Source: a virus (taxonomy: Duplodnaviria; Caudoviricetes). From it: a stretch of 43,060 bases of DNA. Position numbers and translations under genes: made by a program. A model generated the notes under the pieces. It saw nothing but the letters and a program-made list of their open reading frames with translations, was not told the origin of the DNA and searched no databases. How positions within the stretch are numbered: position 1 is the first letter of the stretch; the number at the start of each line of letters is the position of its first letter. The stretch lies in IMG/VR virus record IMGVR_UViG_3300027798_000079, positions 1 through 43,060 of that record. One strand, given 5' to 3'. Positions 27,984 through 36,196 of this stretch are shown in pieces.

Positions 27984-29546
27984 ATGTCTATGACTAAACC
28001 AACCTCTGAACAGGTTACATTTCTACAGACTGGCACAGGCGCAACGGCGCGTACGGTCGATGCCAAACTGAAGGACACCGTATCAGTAAAGGACTTTGGT
28101 GCTGTGGGCGATGGAGTAGCAGATGACACGGCTGCAATTCAAGCGGCGTTTACATACATTACAAGCATTGGCGGTGGGATACTATTGTTTACTGCTGGAA
28201 CATATTTAGTGTCAACCCAAATTCTTTTACCAAGTCTTATTAACACGGTAGTCATTGGTGTTGGCGCAACTATTCAATCTAATTACTCGACAGTAACGCA
28301 AACAAATGAGGGTGTGTTTATCATTACCGATGGCAACAACATCTCGTTTGATGGTCTTAAATTTGTTGGAACACAAACGGAATCGTGGCCACCTGATGTT
28401 ACTTATTCTCCGCCAGCATCAAACTTTGGGCATCAGTGCTTTCGGTTATTTGGCTCAACATCAAACTTCTGCGCTCGAAACATTGTGTCAACAGGAATGA
28501 TGTCGTTCCTAGCAGTTCTTTCTACTGGCGGTACAAGGGCAAAAAATATTATTGTTGAAAACTGTGATGTATCAATTGCTAGTTACGGCATTAATTGTCA
28601 GAACAACGGCGACAACATGGTTGTTCGGGGTTTACGAACAAGCACTATTGGTCGTTCTTACTTTGTGTATGGAGTGTACAACCACAATATTTCATACACG
28701 GCAATTGGCGGCGGAACCAGAGTTCTTGCTGACATGGTTATCTCAAGCACAGGATCTACTGATCCAACGCGAAACATTAAAGTGCAGGTTGTGTGGGACG
28801 GTCTTGGTGGGTATGACGGATGCGGTCACTTTACTGTGACTGACACTGGTGTTGTTGAAGACGTTGATATCCACTGCACCCAAATGCCAAACAGCGTGTT
28901 GGGTTACTCGCTGTTCTTTGCTCATTCAACAACCGCAACTCCTGGATACACGCCAGCAACAACAAAGTGCTTTGACAACATTCGGATTTCGGGAAAACTG
29001 CTGACTGATTTGGTGTTGCAAAATTCTTTCCCATTCCCAGGCATGCTTGACGTTAGCGGGTTAGAAGTTGTTGCTTTAACACTCGGCTTAACTTCTGCGG
29101 CGTATGCTGGTTTCTTTGGTCCGCGCTGTAGCCAATCAAGTACATTTAGTCCATCAATTAAATTTGGAACAGGAAATACTGGAGCCGATGTTACATACGG
29201 AAGTAGAGTTGGAAGAATTGAAAAAATTGGAAACTTGGTGTTCTTTACCGTAGATGTGACATTGACATCAAAGGGAGTGCAAACAGGACAAGTAGTTTTG
29301 TATAACTTTCCTGAAGCCCTTAGCACAATTTATTTTACGCCAATTAATGTTATTGTTTACGGAAACGGAAATGCGCTTAGTGCTGGTCTTGTTGGGTTTG
29401 TACAAAACGATGGCGCTAATACTCCCGCATATGTTTTATTATATCAACAGGGCGCTGCTGGCGTTGCCGCATTCAACGACACAAACTTTACTAATACTAC
29501 TCGCATATTTGTTTCTGGCTGCTTTGTCGGACAATTTACTCCATAA
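27984..29546 (+). CDS. Tailspike 2, beta-helix depolymerase-like
   Basis: AAAGG RBS, start MSMTKP; VSVKDFGAVGDGVADDTAAIQAA...GTYL; C-terminal KIGNLVFF fibre-tip motif. Confidence 0.85.
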   Translation: MSMTKPTSEQVTFLQTGTGATARTVDAKLKDTVSVKDFGAVGDGVADDTAAIQAAFTYITSIGGGILLFTAGTYLVSTQILLPSLINTVVIGVGATIQSNYSTVTQTNEGVFIITDGNNISFDGLKFVGTQTESWPPDVTYSPPASNFGHQCFRLFGSTSNFCARNIVSTGMMSFLAVLSTGGTRAKNIIVENCDVSIASYGINCQNNGDNMVVRGLRTSTIGRSYFVYGVYNHNISYTAIGGGTRVLADMVISSTGSTDPTRNIKVQVVWDGLGGYDGCGHFTVTDTGVVEDVDIHCTQMPNSVLGYSLFFAHSTTATPGYTPATTKCFDNIRISGKLLTDLVLQNSFPFPGMLDVSGLEVVALTLGLTSAAYAGFFGPRCSQSSTFSPSIKFGTGNTGADVTYGSRVGRIEKIGNLVFFTVDVTLTSKGVQTGQVVLYNFPEALSTIYFTPINVIVYGNGNALSAGLVGFVQNDGANTPAYVLLYQQGAAGVAAFNDTNFTNTTRIFVSGCFVGQFTP

Positions 29547-29560
29547 AGGAATTTTATAAT

Positions 29561-29797
29561 ATGACATTTACAACAAGCGAATTACTCGAAATGCAATCTG
29601 CAAGACTTATGTCAATTGCAGCAAGTGCAAATAAGGCTATTGCAAACAACGATAAGTCTGCTGAGTGTGTTGCTTCTTGCAAAGCAATGTGCGAACAAAT
29701 GGAATCTAAACTGCTGCAAGAACAAGCGCCAGGATTCCCAATTGAAGAAGTTACATCTGCTCTTAATGCTGTTCGCCAGTGGATTGCTAGTTTATAA
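29561..29797 (+). CDS. Hypothetical protein (78 aa)
   Basis: ORF with AAAGGA RBS after tailspike 2. Confidence 0.7.
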   Translation: MTFTTSELLEMQSARLMSIAASANKAIANNDKSAECVASCKAMCEQMESKLLQEQAPGFPIEEVTSALNAVRQWIASL

Positions 29798-29808
29798 AAT
29801 TTACCACA

Positions 29809-31254
29809 ATGATCAAGAACCTAGGCGGTGTATTCGGTCGCAACCCAACCTTCAACAATGTTGAAGTCGAGGGCGATCTTACGGTTGACGGCAATTATGT
29901 TGTTGCTGGCGATATCGCAGTCACTGGCAACGCTACGATTACAGGAACACTTGGGGTAACTGGTCAAATTACTGGCAATGTCACAGGCAATCTGACAGGC
30001 AACGCAGCAACGGCGACTGCTTTAACAACTACTCTTCCAATTAGTGGTGGAGGCACGGGACAAACTACGCAAAAGGGTGCTATTGACGCACTGCTTCCTG
30101 ATCAAACTGGCAACGCAGACAAATTACTCAAGACAAATGGCACGAGTATTTCTTGGACAGTTCTTGCAGCCCCTGCATTAACACTTACAGGCGCAACTCT
30201 TGCGTCTAATGTGCTTGCGTCGAGTTTGACATCTACAGGCACACTTGCTGCATTGACCGTCACCGCACCTATTTCAGGCTCGATCACAGGCAACGCAGGA
30301 ACAGCAACAACTGCGAACACGGTGACAAATCCAAATCTTACAGGCGAGGTCACGACGAGTGGACTTACTGCGACCGTTGCAAATAGTGCGGTTATTGCTA
30401 AAGTGCTTAATGGGTATATACAAAGTTCAGGAGCAATTGTTTCTACTGATACAATATTACAAGCCATTCAAAAACTTGATGGTAATGTAAGTATAATTAA
30501 TGGTGGGTTTCCTGGTGGAGAGTTTGTTGGTGGTGAATGGACACCTACACAAATCACAACAGCACTTTGGCTCGATGCCGCAGATACAGCAACAATTACT
30601 CTTAATAGCACCACCGTTTCTCAATGGAACGACAAGAGCGGAAATGGTAGAAACTTCTCTCAGGCAACGGCAGGTAATCAACCTGTTTATTCAATAACAG
30701 CCTTGAATGGAAAGAATGTAGTAAATTTTGTTTCCAATGATAATCTCAATAGAGCAGCAATCCCATTTAATGATGATGGTAACAATTCACTTTATGTTGT
30801 GGGAAATCGCACAGGCGGCAATTATTATAGTGTAACTGTGATCATTAGTAGATCAGCAGGTAGAACAAGAAATATGTTGTTTGGAGACGGTTCTACTTAT
30901 TGGGGTGTATATACAACACCTTCTCCTGTGGGATTTGTTGGTTCAACATATAAAATCTGTGGAATGATTGCAGACCAAGCCACAAATGCTTTTTTGTATT
31001 ACCAAAATGGAACATCTCAAGGAAGTGCGGGGACTGTTAGTTCAGGTACTGTTTTTGGTGACAATAACTGTTATCTTGGTAATGATCAATATGGTTCATC
31101 ACTCGAAGGAAATATAGCCGAAGTAATTTTCTGTGATGTAAAGAATACAGATTCAGACCGACAGAAAATCGAAGGTTATCTTGCACACAAATGGGGACTA
31201 CAAGCCAATCTTCCCAATAATCACCCCTATAAAAACGCAGCACCAACGGCATAA
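29809..31254 (+). CDS. Fibre protein with C-terminal LamG/concanavalin-like domain
   Basis: G/T/N-rich stalk; LWLDAAD...VSQWNDKSGNG...GNIAEVI...IEGYLAHKWG. Confidence 0.8.
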   Translation: MIKNLGGVFGRNPTFNNVEVEGDLTVDGNYVVAGDIAVTGNATITGTLGVTGQITGNVTGNLTGNAATATALTTTLPISGGGTGQTTQKGAIDALLPDQTGNADKLLKTNGTSISWTVLAAPALTLTGATLASNVLASSLTSTGTLAALTVTAPISGSITGNAGTATTANTVTNPNLTGEVTTSGLTATVANSAVIAKVLNGYIQSSGAIVSTDTILQAIQKLDGNVSIINGGFPGGEFVGGEWTPTQITTALWLDAADTATITLNSTTVSQWNDKSGNGRNFSQATAGNQPVYSITALNGKNVVNFVSNDNLNRAAIPFNDDGNNSLYVVGNRTGGNYYSVTVIISRSAGRTRNMLFGDGSTYWGVYTTPSPVGFVGSTYKICGMIADQATNAFLYYQNGTSQGSAGTVSSGTVFGDNNCYLGNDQYGSSLEGNIAEVIFCDVKNTDSDRQKIEGYLAHKWGLQANLPNNHPYKNAAPTA

Positions 31255-31274
31255 ATACTAATAGAAAGAACCTA

Positions 31275-32459
31275 ATGGTGTCTAAAATTCAAATAAGACG
31301 AGGTACTGCTGCACAATGGACAGCATCTAACCCTGTTTTATTGTTAGGTGAGTTAGGTTTGGAAACAGATACCAGACGAATTAAGGCGGGTGATGGAACT
31401 ACATCTTGGTCATCCCTTCTTTATTATACGGCAGACGCAGTGACTCTCACGGGTGCGACCCTTGCGTCAAATGTCCTTGCGTCGAGTTTGACATCTGTAG
31501 GAACGCTGACCGCCGTCAACACAAGCGGCGTGATTACAGGAACGAACACGACCGCATCGACATCATCAGCGACAGGTGCGCTGATCGTTTCGGGTGGTGT
31601 TGGCGTTGCAAAGGATTCGTACATCAACTCGCAGAGAATCGGCGTTGGGCTTTTGCAAGACACGACAAACCTAGCGGTCGGTGCGAATGCTCTTGAAGCA
31701 ACGATAGCGGGTGGAATATTAAACACTGCAATCGGATCGGGTTGTGGAAGTCACATCACCACTGGCAATAAGAATACTTTGCTCGGCTATGCGGTCGGAA
31801 CACTTGTGACGACAGGTGTGGGGAATTGCTCAGTCGGATACTCGTCTCTGAAAGAAAATACCGTAGGAAGTTACAACACTGCGATGGGCTACGGTGCGCT
31901 ACAGAACACGACTGCAAATCACAATACAGCGGTCGGATTAGATGCACTTTTTAACATTACGACTGGTGCGCTCAACACTGCGATTGGTCGTCAGGCGGGA
32001 TGCTTCCAAGCGGATGGAACAACCGCACTCACAACCGCAAACAACTCGGTCTATCTCGGTCGTGACACACGGGGAACGCAATCAGATTCCAACTCCGTTG
32101 TCATCGGATATCAAGCCATCGGACTCGGCGCAAACACGACAGTCATCGGCACATCGTCAACAACTGCAAATCGAATTTTCGGAGTCAACTCAACAGGGCA
32201 AGTTGCGCCAACAATTGCAAGCGCAGGGACGATTGCACCGACAAAGCAGATCACATTCGTTTCAGGCACAACCGCAATTGATGAGATCGTCGCTCCAACA
32301 GGAATTGCAGCAACAGGTGGACAGATCACGCTCATTCCAACAGGCATCTTTACAACAACAGAAAATGAAAATATTGCACTCGCATCGACTGCGGTTGTTG
32401 GTCGTGCGCTAATCATGACCTACGACGCAACGACTGGTTTTTGGTATCCATCCTATTGA
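31275..32459 (+). CDS. Fibre protein with Mtd-N-like N-terminus and adhesin-like NTA.G repeats
   Basis: KIQIRRGTAAQWTASNPVLLLGELGLETDT..IKAGDG; repeated NTAIG/NTAMG/NTAVG. Confidence 0.8.
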   Translation: MVSKIQIRRGTAAQWTASNPVLLLGELGLETDTRRIKAGDGTTSWSSLLYYTADAVTLTGATLASNVLASSLTSVGTLTAVNTSGVITGTNTTASTSSATGALIVSGGVGVAKDSYINSQRIGVGLLQDTTNLAVGANALEATIAGGILNTAIGSGCGSHITTGNKNTLLGYAVGTLVTTGVGNCSVGYSSLKENTVGSYNTAMGYGALQNTTANHNTAVGLDALFNITTGALNTAIGRQAGCFQADGTTALTTANNSVYLGRDTRGTQSDSNSVVIGYQAIGLGANTTVIGTSSTTANRIFGVNSTGQVAPTIASAGTIAPTKQITFVSGTTAIDEIVAPTGIAATGGQITLIPTGIFTTTENENIALASTAVVGRALIMTYDATTGFWYPSY

Positions 32460-32466
32460 GAAAACT

Positions 32467-32760
32467 ATGACTACTGAACCAATTATTCCTATCGTTCTTG
32501 AACCAATTCCACGCACAACCGAGCAAATCGCACAAGACATAAAGGCATCGCACGACTCCGTTGACCTCATCAATCAGATCGTTGCGGACGATCAGCACAG
32601 CGACGAAATCCACGACACCATTGATCGCAATGTGCGACACCTTCGCAACTGCCTGACGCTGCCACACATCATGGAAAACGCAACGACCGCTGACAAGATC
32701 GCATTCGCAGACGCTGCAACGCTTGGTGAGGATTGGGGTCAAACACAATTAATTTTGTAG
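32467..32760 (+). CDS. Hypothetical protein, possible fibre chaperone (97 aa)
   Basis: DSVDLIN...IDRNVRHL motif; follows a fibre gene. Confidence 0.65.
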   Translation: MTTEPIIPIVLEPIPRTTEQIAQDIKASHDSVDLINQIVADDQHSDEIHDTIDRNVRHLRNCLTLPHIMENATTADKIAFADAATLGEDWGQTQLIL

Positions 32761-32773
32761 GGACTGCAATATC

Positions 32774-33169
32774 ATGAGAAACATTCGACCTACAGGCGCA
32801 TTTACATCTTCAAATGTAAGAGGCGTATTAACTGTTAACGGTACAATTAGTGGTTTATCAACAATATCTTCTGTCGAAGGAATAAAAGTTGGCGGGAATT
32901 TAGTTGTTGACGGAAGCGCAACTATCGCTGGAATTATTGATGGTTCTATTTCAGGAAATGCAAACACAGTCACAAATCCAAATCTGACAGGCGAAGTCAC
33001 AACAAGCGGACTTAACGCAACCGTTGCAAATAGTGCTGTTATTGGCAAGGTTATTACAGGTTATGTAAGCGGCGCGGGAACAGTTGCGGCGACCGATACC
33101 ATCCTCCAAGCAATCCAAAAACTTGACGGCAATGCGGGTAAAGAACTAAGAGGATGGTTCTTATCATGA
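32774..33169 (+). CDS. Fibre stalk-like protein, paralogous to the middle of 29809-31254
   Basis: Shares NTVTNPNLTGEVTTSGL...TDTILQAIQKLDGN. Confidence 0.7.
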   Translation: MRNIRPTGAFTSSNVRGVLTVNGTISGLSTISSVEGIKVGGNLVVDGSATIAGIIDGSISGNANTVTNPNLTGEVTTSGLNATVANSAVIGKVITGYVSGAGTVAATDTILQAIQKLDGNAGKELRGWFLS

Positions 33170-34059
33170 GAAGATGGCGACTCAATTCAGGATACTGTGG
33201 CACCACAGATCAACGCCGTACAAAGGCAGGAACCATTCCTATGTTGAAGCATTACATGGAGAGAGATTTGGGAGTGTTTGTTAATACTGTTGTTATTGCT
33301 GGTACTGAATGGACACCTGCACAAATCACAACAGCACTTTGGCTAGATGCAGCAGATGCATCTACTATAACTCTTAATAGCACCACCGTTTCTCAATGGA
33401 ACGACAAGAGTGGAAATGGAAGACACGCAACGCAAGCAACTTCGGCAAACCAACCAACATATATTTCTAGTGGAATGAACTCATTAGGACTCGTTGATTG
33501 GGATGGTTCGAACGATGCAATGACTATAAGTGGAGGAACACCAACATTACATTCAGAATTATCGGCAGACAATACCTACAGCATGGCATGGGCAGTAAAG
33601 CCAGATAAAATCAGCAACTTACCAGTTTTGCTTTATGTGCCAGAAAGTGGTTTTAAATTCTTGGTTGAAATCAAAAGTAATGGGGGATTGTATTGGGGCG
33701 ATACTACATCCAACTACAGAACATATGATGGAGGATCATTCTTTGTAGTTAATACTGGAACTTTCTTTACGCTAATCAAGACAGGATCGGGTGCTGGAAC
33801 TGCCCATGTGGCAGGAACCCTCAACAGTCACTCAAGTGGTGGACTGAGTGATACTCCTACATTAGGCGCAGCATTTATTTTAGGTGATTATCCTAGTGGT
33901 TATTCCTACGACGGGAAGATGGCAGAAATCATTATATCAAATTATTCTTGGGATACATCTGAAAGACAAAAAATCGAAGGTTATCTTGCACACAAATGGG
34001 GATTGCAAGCAAATCTTCCTAATGATCACCCATATAAAAACGCAGCACCAACAGTATAA
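33166..34059 (+). CDS. LamG/concanavalin-like virion protein, paralogous to the C-terminus of 29809-31254
   Basis: ATGA coupling at 33166; shared EWTP.QITTALWLDAAD and RQKIEGYLAHKWGLQANLP..HPYKNAAPT. Confidence 0.8.
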   Translation: MRRWRLNSGYCGTTDQRRTKAGTIPMLKHYMERDLGVFVNTVVIAGTEWTPAQITTALWLDAADASTITLNSTTVSQWNDKSGNGRHATQATSANQPTYISSGMNSLGLVDWDGSNDAMTISGGTPTLHSELSADNTYSMAWAVKPDKISNLPVLLYVPESGFKFLVEIKSNGGLYWGDTTSNYRTYDGGSFFVVNTGTFFTLIKTGSGAGTAHVAGTLNSHSSGGLSDTPTLGAAFILGDYPSGYSYDGKMAEIIISNYSWDTSERQKIEGYLAHKWGLQANLPNDHPYKNAAPTV

Positions 34060-34077
34060 ATATTAAAGGAAATACTA

Positions 34078-34398
34078 ATGCCAGACGCATATAAAAATTA
34101 CGCAACTTCAGTCGATACGACTAGCCTGACAACGGTTTATGCAGGAATTACAGGAACTGCAATAGTGAACGCAATTCATATTGCTAACACAAGCACAACA
34201 CTAGCCAATAGTGTATCTATTCAGTTGTTCAAGGGAGCAACAGGCTACTACATTGTTCGTGCAGCAGCAGTTCCAATTCAATCAACATACCAAGCACTTG
34301 ATGCACCAATTCCACTTGAAACAGGAGACACTATCAAAGTTACAGCGGGATTAACTGCGGGAATTGATGTTATCGTATCAGTATTGGAGTCAACCTAA
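34078..34398 (+). CDS. Small beta-rich virion protein (106 aa)
   Basis: AAAGGA RBS; IHIAN...PIPLETGDTIKV. Confidence 0.7.
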   Translation: MPDAYKNYATSVDTTSLTTVYAGITGTAIVNAIHIANTSTTLANSVSIQLFKGATGYYIVRAAAVPIQSTYQALDAPIPLETGDTIKVTAGLTAGIDVIVSVLEST

Positions 34399-34700
34399 TG
34401 GCACTACAACAAATTATTCAGCATCCTACGGGAACTTATTCGCAATATTGGAAGATTCGTACTCTGAATCTGAATCATACCGCCAAGACAGGTACAGTTC
34501 TTTTGGATGGCTATGTTTCTGAACAAGCCAGAGTAGACAACAAGATTCCTCTTGATGAAAGAACCATTCCCGTGATTGATTTTGATACATGGTTTTCCCC
34601 TGCGGTCATTGATGCTGCGGGAATGAATGAGGTAAAATCTGCTTATCTGTTAGCCAAATCAATTCCGAATGGAGAGTTTGTTGGCTCAACTGATGTATAA
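34398..34700 (+). CDS. Hypothetical protein (100 aa)
   Basis: TAATG coupling to the upstream gene. Confidence 0.7.
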   Translation: MALQQIIQHPTGTYSQYWKIRTLNLNHTAKTGTVLLDGYVSEQARVDNKIPLDERTIPVIDFDTWFSPAVIDAAGMNEVKSAYLLAKSIPNGEFVGSTDV

Positions 34701-34716
34701 ACATTTCCTCTGCAAG

Positions 34717-34791
34717 ACAACTGCCGACAAAATTGCATTTGCGGAGGCTGTTACGCTTGGCGAGGATTGGGTTCAAACAGCCTTAGGATAA
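34717..34791 (+). pseudogene. Orphan 3' fragment paralogous to the end of gene 32467-32760
   Basis: Encodes TTADKIAFAEAVTLGEDWVQTALG* vs TTADKIAFADAATLGEDWGQTQLIL*. Confidence 0.8.
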
Positions 34792-34797
34792 ACAACA

Positions 34798-35103
34798 ATG
34801 CCAATTCAAACAGCAACAACAATTACTGGCGGGACTCAATGGACGACTCCAATTGGGATTAACGGTTGGTTCAATGTGTCCATATCTAACGCTGCTGGAG
34901 GGTCACTTCTTGGAACAACCGTGACCGTTCAAAGGTCGTGGGATCTCATCACATATTTTGATGTAGATAGATGGACAAAGACTTCTGAGGATGTAGGATT
35001 CGAGCCTGACTTGGTCTATTACACCATTGGTGTAAAGTCAGGTCAGTATGGTGGAACACCGTGCTATGTCGCAATTTCAGTTCTTGGAAGCATGAGGTCA
35101 TAA
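34798..35103 (+). CDS. Hypothetical beta-sandwich-like protein (101 aa)
   Basis: TVTVQRSWD...DVD pattern; no hydrolase motif recognised. Confidence 0.65.
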   Translation: MPIQTATTITGGTQWTTPIGINGWFNVSISNAAGGSLLGTTVTVQRSWDLITYFDVDRWTKTSEDVGFEPDLVYYTIGVKSGQYGGTPCYVAISVLGSMRS

Positions 35104-35367
35104 ATGAATATGGATCAGACATTCCTAAATTGGATCTTCGCAGCGGCTGGTGCAGGTGCTGGGTGGATTCTGAAAATTGTTTGGGATGCGATCTGCGAAC
35201 TCAAGAAAGACTTGCGCCAAATTGAACGAGACCTTCCAGTTGTTTACACGCGCAAGGACGATTTCAAGGAAGAGGTTCGTGAGTTGAAAGAAGATATGAA
35301 AATTGGATTTAACAAGATAGAAGCAACCCTGAACGCGTTGTTCAAGAGGTTGGATCGGACACCTTAA
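35104..35367 (+). CDS. Single-TM coiled-coil lysis-cassette protein (holin/antiholin-like)
   Basis: N-terminal TM FLNWIFAAAGAGAGWILKIVW, then coiled coil with YTRKDDF. Confidence 0.65.
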   Translation: MNMDQTFLNWIFAAAGAGAGWILKIVWDAICELKKDLRQIERDLPVVYTRKDDFKEEVRELKEDMKIGFNKIEATLNALFKRLDRTP

Positions 35368-35379
35368 TTGGAGATTAAA

Positions 35380-35544
35380 ATGAAACAAGATCAAATTGCA
35401 GGAATCGTTCGGGCAGTCGTAGCAGCAGTTGGTGGATACTTCATTGGCAAGGGCATGGTTGATGCAGCGAATGTAGAAATCATCGCTGGCGCATTGGCAA
35501 CTCTCGCAACCGCAGCCTGGTCTGTTTGGGCGAAGAAGGCGTGA
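35380..35544 (+). CDS. Putative 2-TM holin (54 aa; below the ORF-track cutoff)
   Basis: MKQDQIAGIVRAVVAAVGGYFIGKGMVDAANVEIIAGALATLATAAWSVWAKKA; GGAG RBS. Confidence 0.75.
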   Translation: MKQDQIAGIVRAVVAAVGGYFIGKGMVDAANVEIIAGALATLATAAWSVWAKKA

Positions 35545-35765
35545 TTGAAATCTTCTTGGCGATTGGAGCGACTCTGCTCGTTGGTTGGATCATTCAAACG
35601 CTGGTGTCTACAGCAAAAAAAAGTGGGTCGATGGAATCATCACTTGAACAGGCTCGAAAAGCGCAGGAGAAACTAAAAGATGCGACAGATGCTGGCATTG
35701 CTTCTTGTAGGCGCAGTGATACTGATGGTGGGTTGCTCGAAGACGATGGCAACAGGCGGGACTGA
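35541..35765 (+). CDS. Inner-membrane spanin (Rz-like)
   Basis: GTG start coupled to the holin stop; N-terminal TM plus helical tail; overlaps a lipoprotein ORF. Confidence 0.65.
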   Translation: MIEIFLAIGATLLVGWIIQTLVSTAKKSGSMESSLEQARKAQEKLKDATDAGIASCRRSDTDGGLLEDDGNRRD

Positions 35766-35904
35766 ATGCGCTGTGTGGATTCCTATTACTTGGTCTTCTC
35801 GTGACACGCCAGAAACGATCAAACAAATCAAGGCGAGTAATGCTCGTCGAAAAGCATGGTGCGAGGCGGTGGACACGCCCCCACCACAAACTGATCTACC
35901 ATAG
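35680..35904 (+). CDS. Outer-membrane lipoprotein spanin (Rz1-like)
   Basis: Signal peptide with lipobox MVGC; C.VWIPITWS.RDT.ET..QI...N...WC. Confidence 0.75.
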   Translation: MRQMLALLLVGAVILMVGCSKTMATGGTECAVWIPITWSSRDTPETIKQIKASNARRKAWCEAVDTPPPQTDLP

Positions 35905-35951
35905 TGACTGATCTTTCTTTGTTTGGCGTTGAGCCATCCACTTGTGTCATG

Positions 35952-35984
35952 CAAAAACCCCTAGACAAAATCTAGGGGTTTTTG
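35952..35984. terminator. Bidirectional terminator between the convergent late and recombination operons
   Basis: caaaaacccctaga-caaaa-tctaggggtttttg, perfect 14-bp inverted repeat. Confidence 0.9.
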
Positions 35985-36004
35985 TTTGTGATGCCAATCT
36001 TTGA

Positions 36005-36196
36005 TCAACCAAAACTGTTTGTCATCTCGAACTTCTCGATGTCAGTCAGTTTGTAGAGAATCCGTGAGCATTTCTGATCGCCGATCTTTACATAGGGTGG
36101 ACCGATCTGCTTCCACCGCCAGGTCTTTAGGCATTGCTCGGTGATCTTCCACCGAGCCGCCAACTCTTTAGGCTTCAGCATTGTCATCTCCGTCAT
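36005..36196 (-). CDS. Excisionase/AlpA-like HTH protein
   Basis: LKPKELAARWKIT...WRW..IGPPYVKIG...ILYKLTDI. Confidence 0.8.
   Translation of the reverse strand: MTEMTMLKPKELAARWKITEQCLKTWRWKQIGPPYVKIGDQKCSRILYKLTDIEKFEMTNSFG

Noticed and set aside
33130-33170. Programmed frameshift fusing 32774-33169 to the LamG gene
   Set aside because: No canonical slippery heptamer; ATGA coupling explains the junction
30535-34059. DGR template/variable repeat pair
   Set aside because: Mismatches between the repeats go both ways and include C/T and G/T, so they are not adenine-specific; no reverse transcriptase gene
34798-35103. Endolysin by position next to the holins
   Set aside because: Only 101 aa, beta-rich, with no recognisable catalytic motif; kept only as a remote candidate
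4576-35954. Many minus-strand ORFs within the structural region
   Set aside because: Antisense shadows of well-supported plus-strand genes, with no RBS or recognisable motifs
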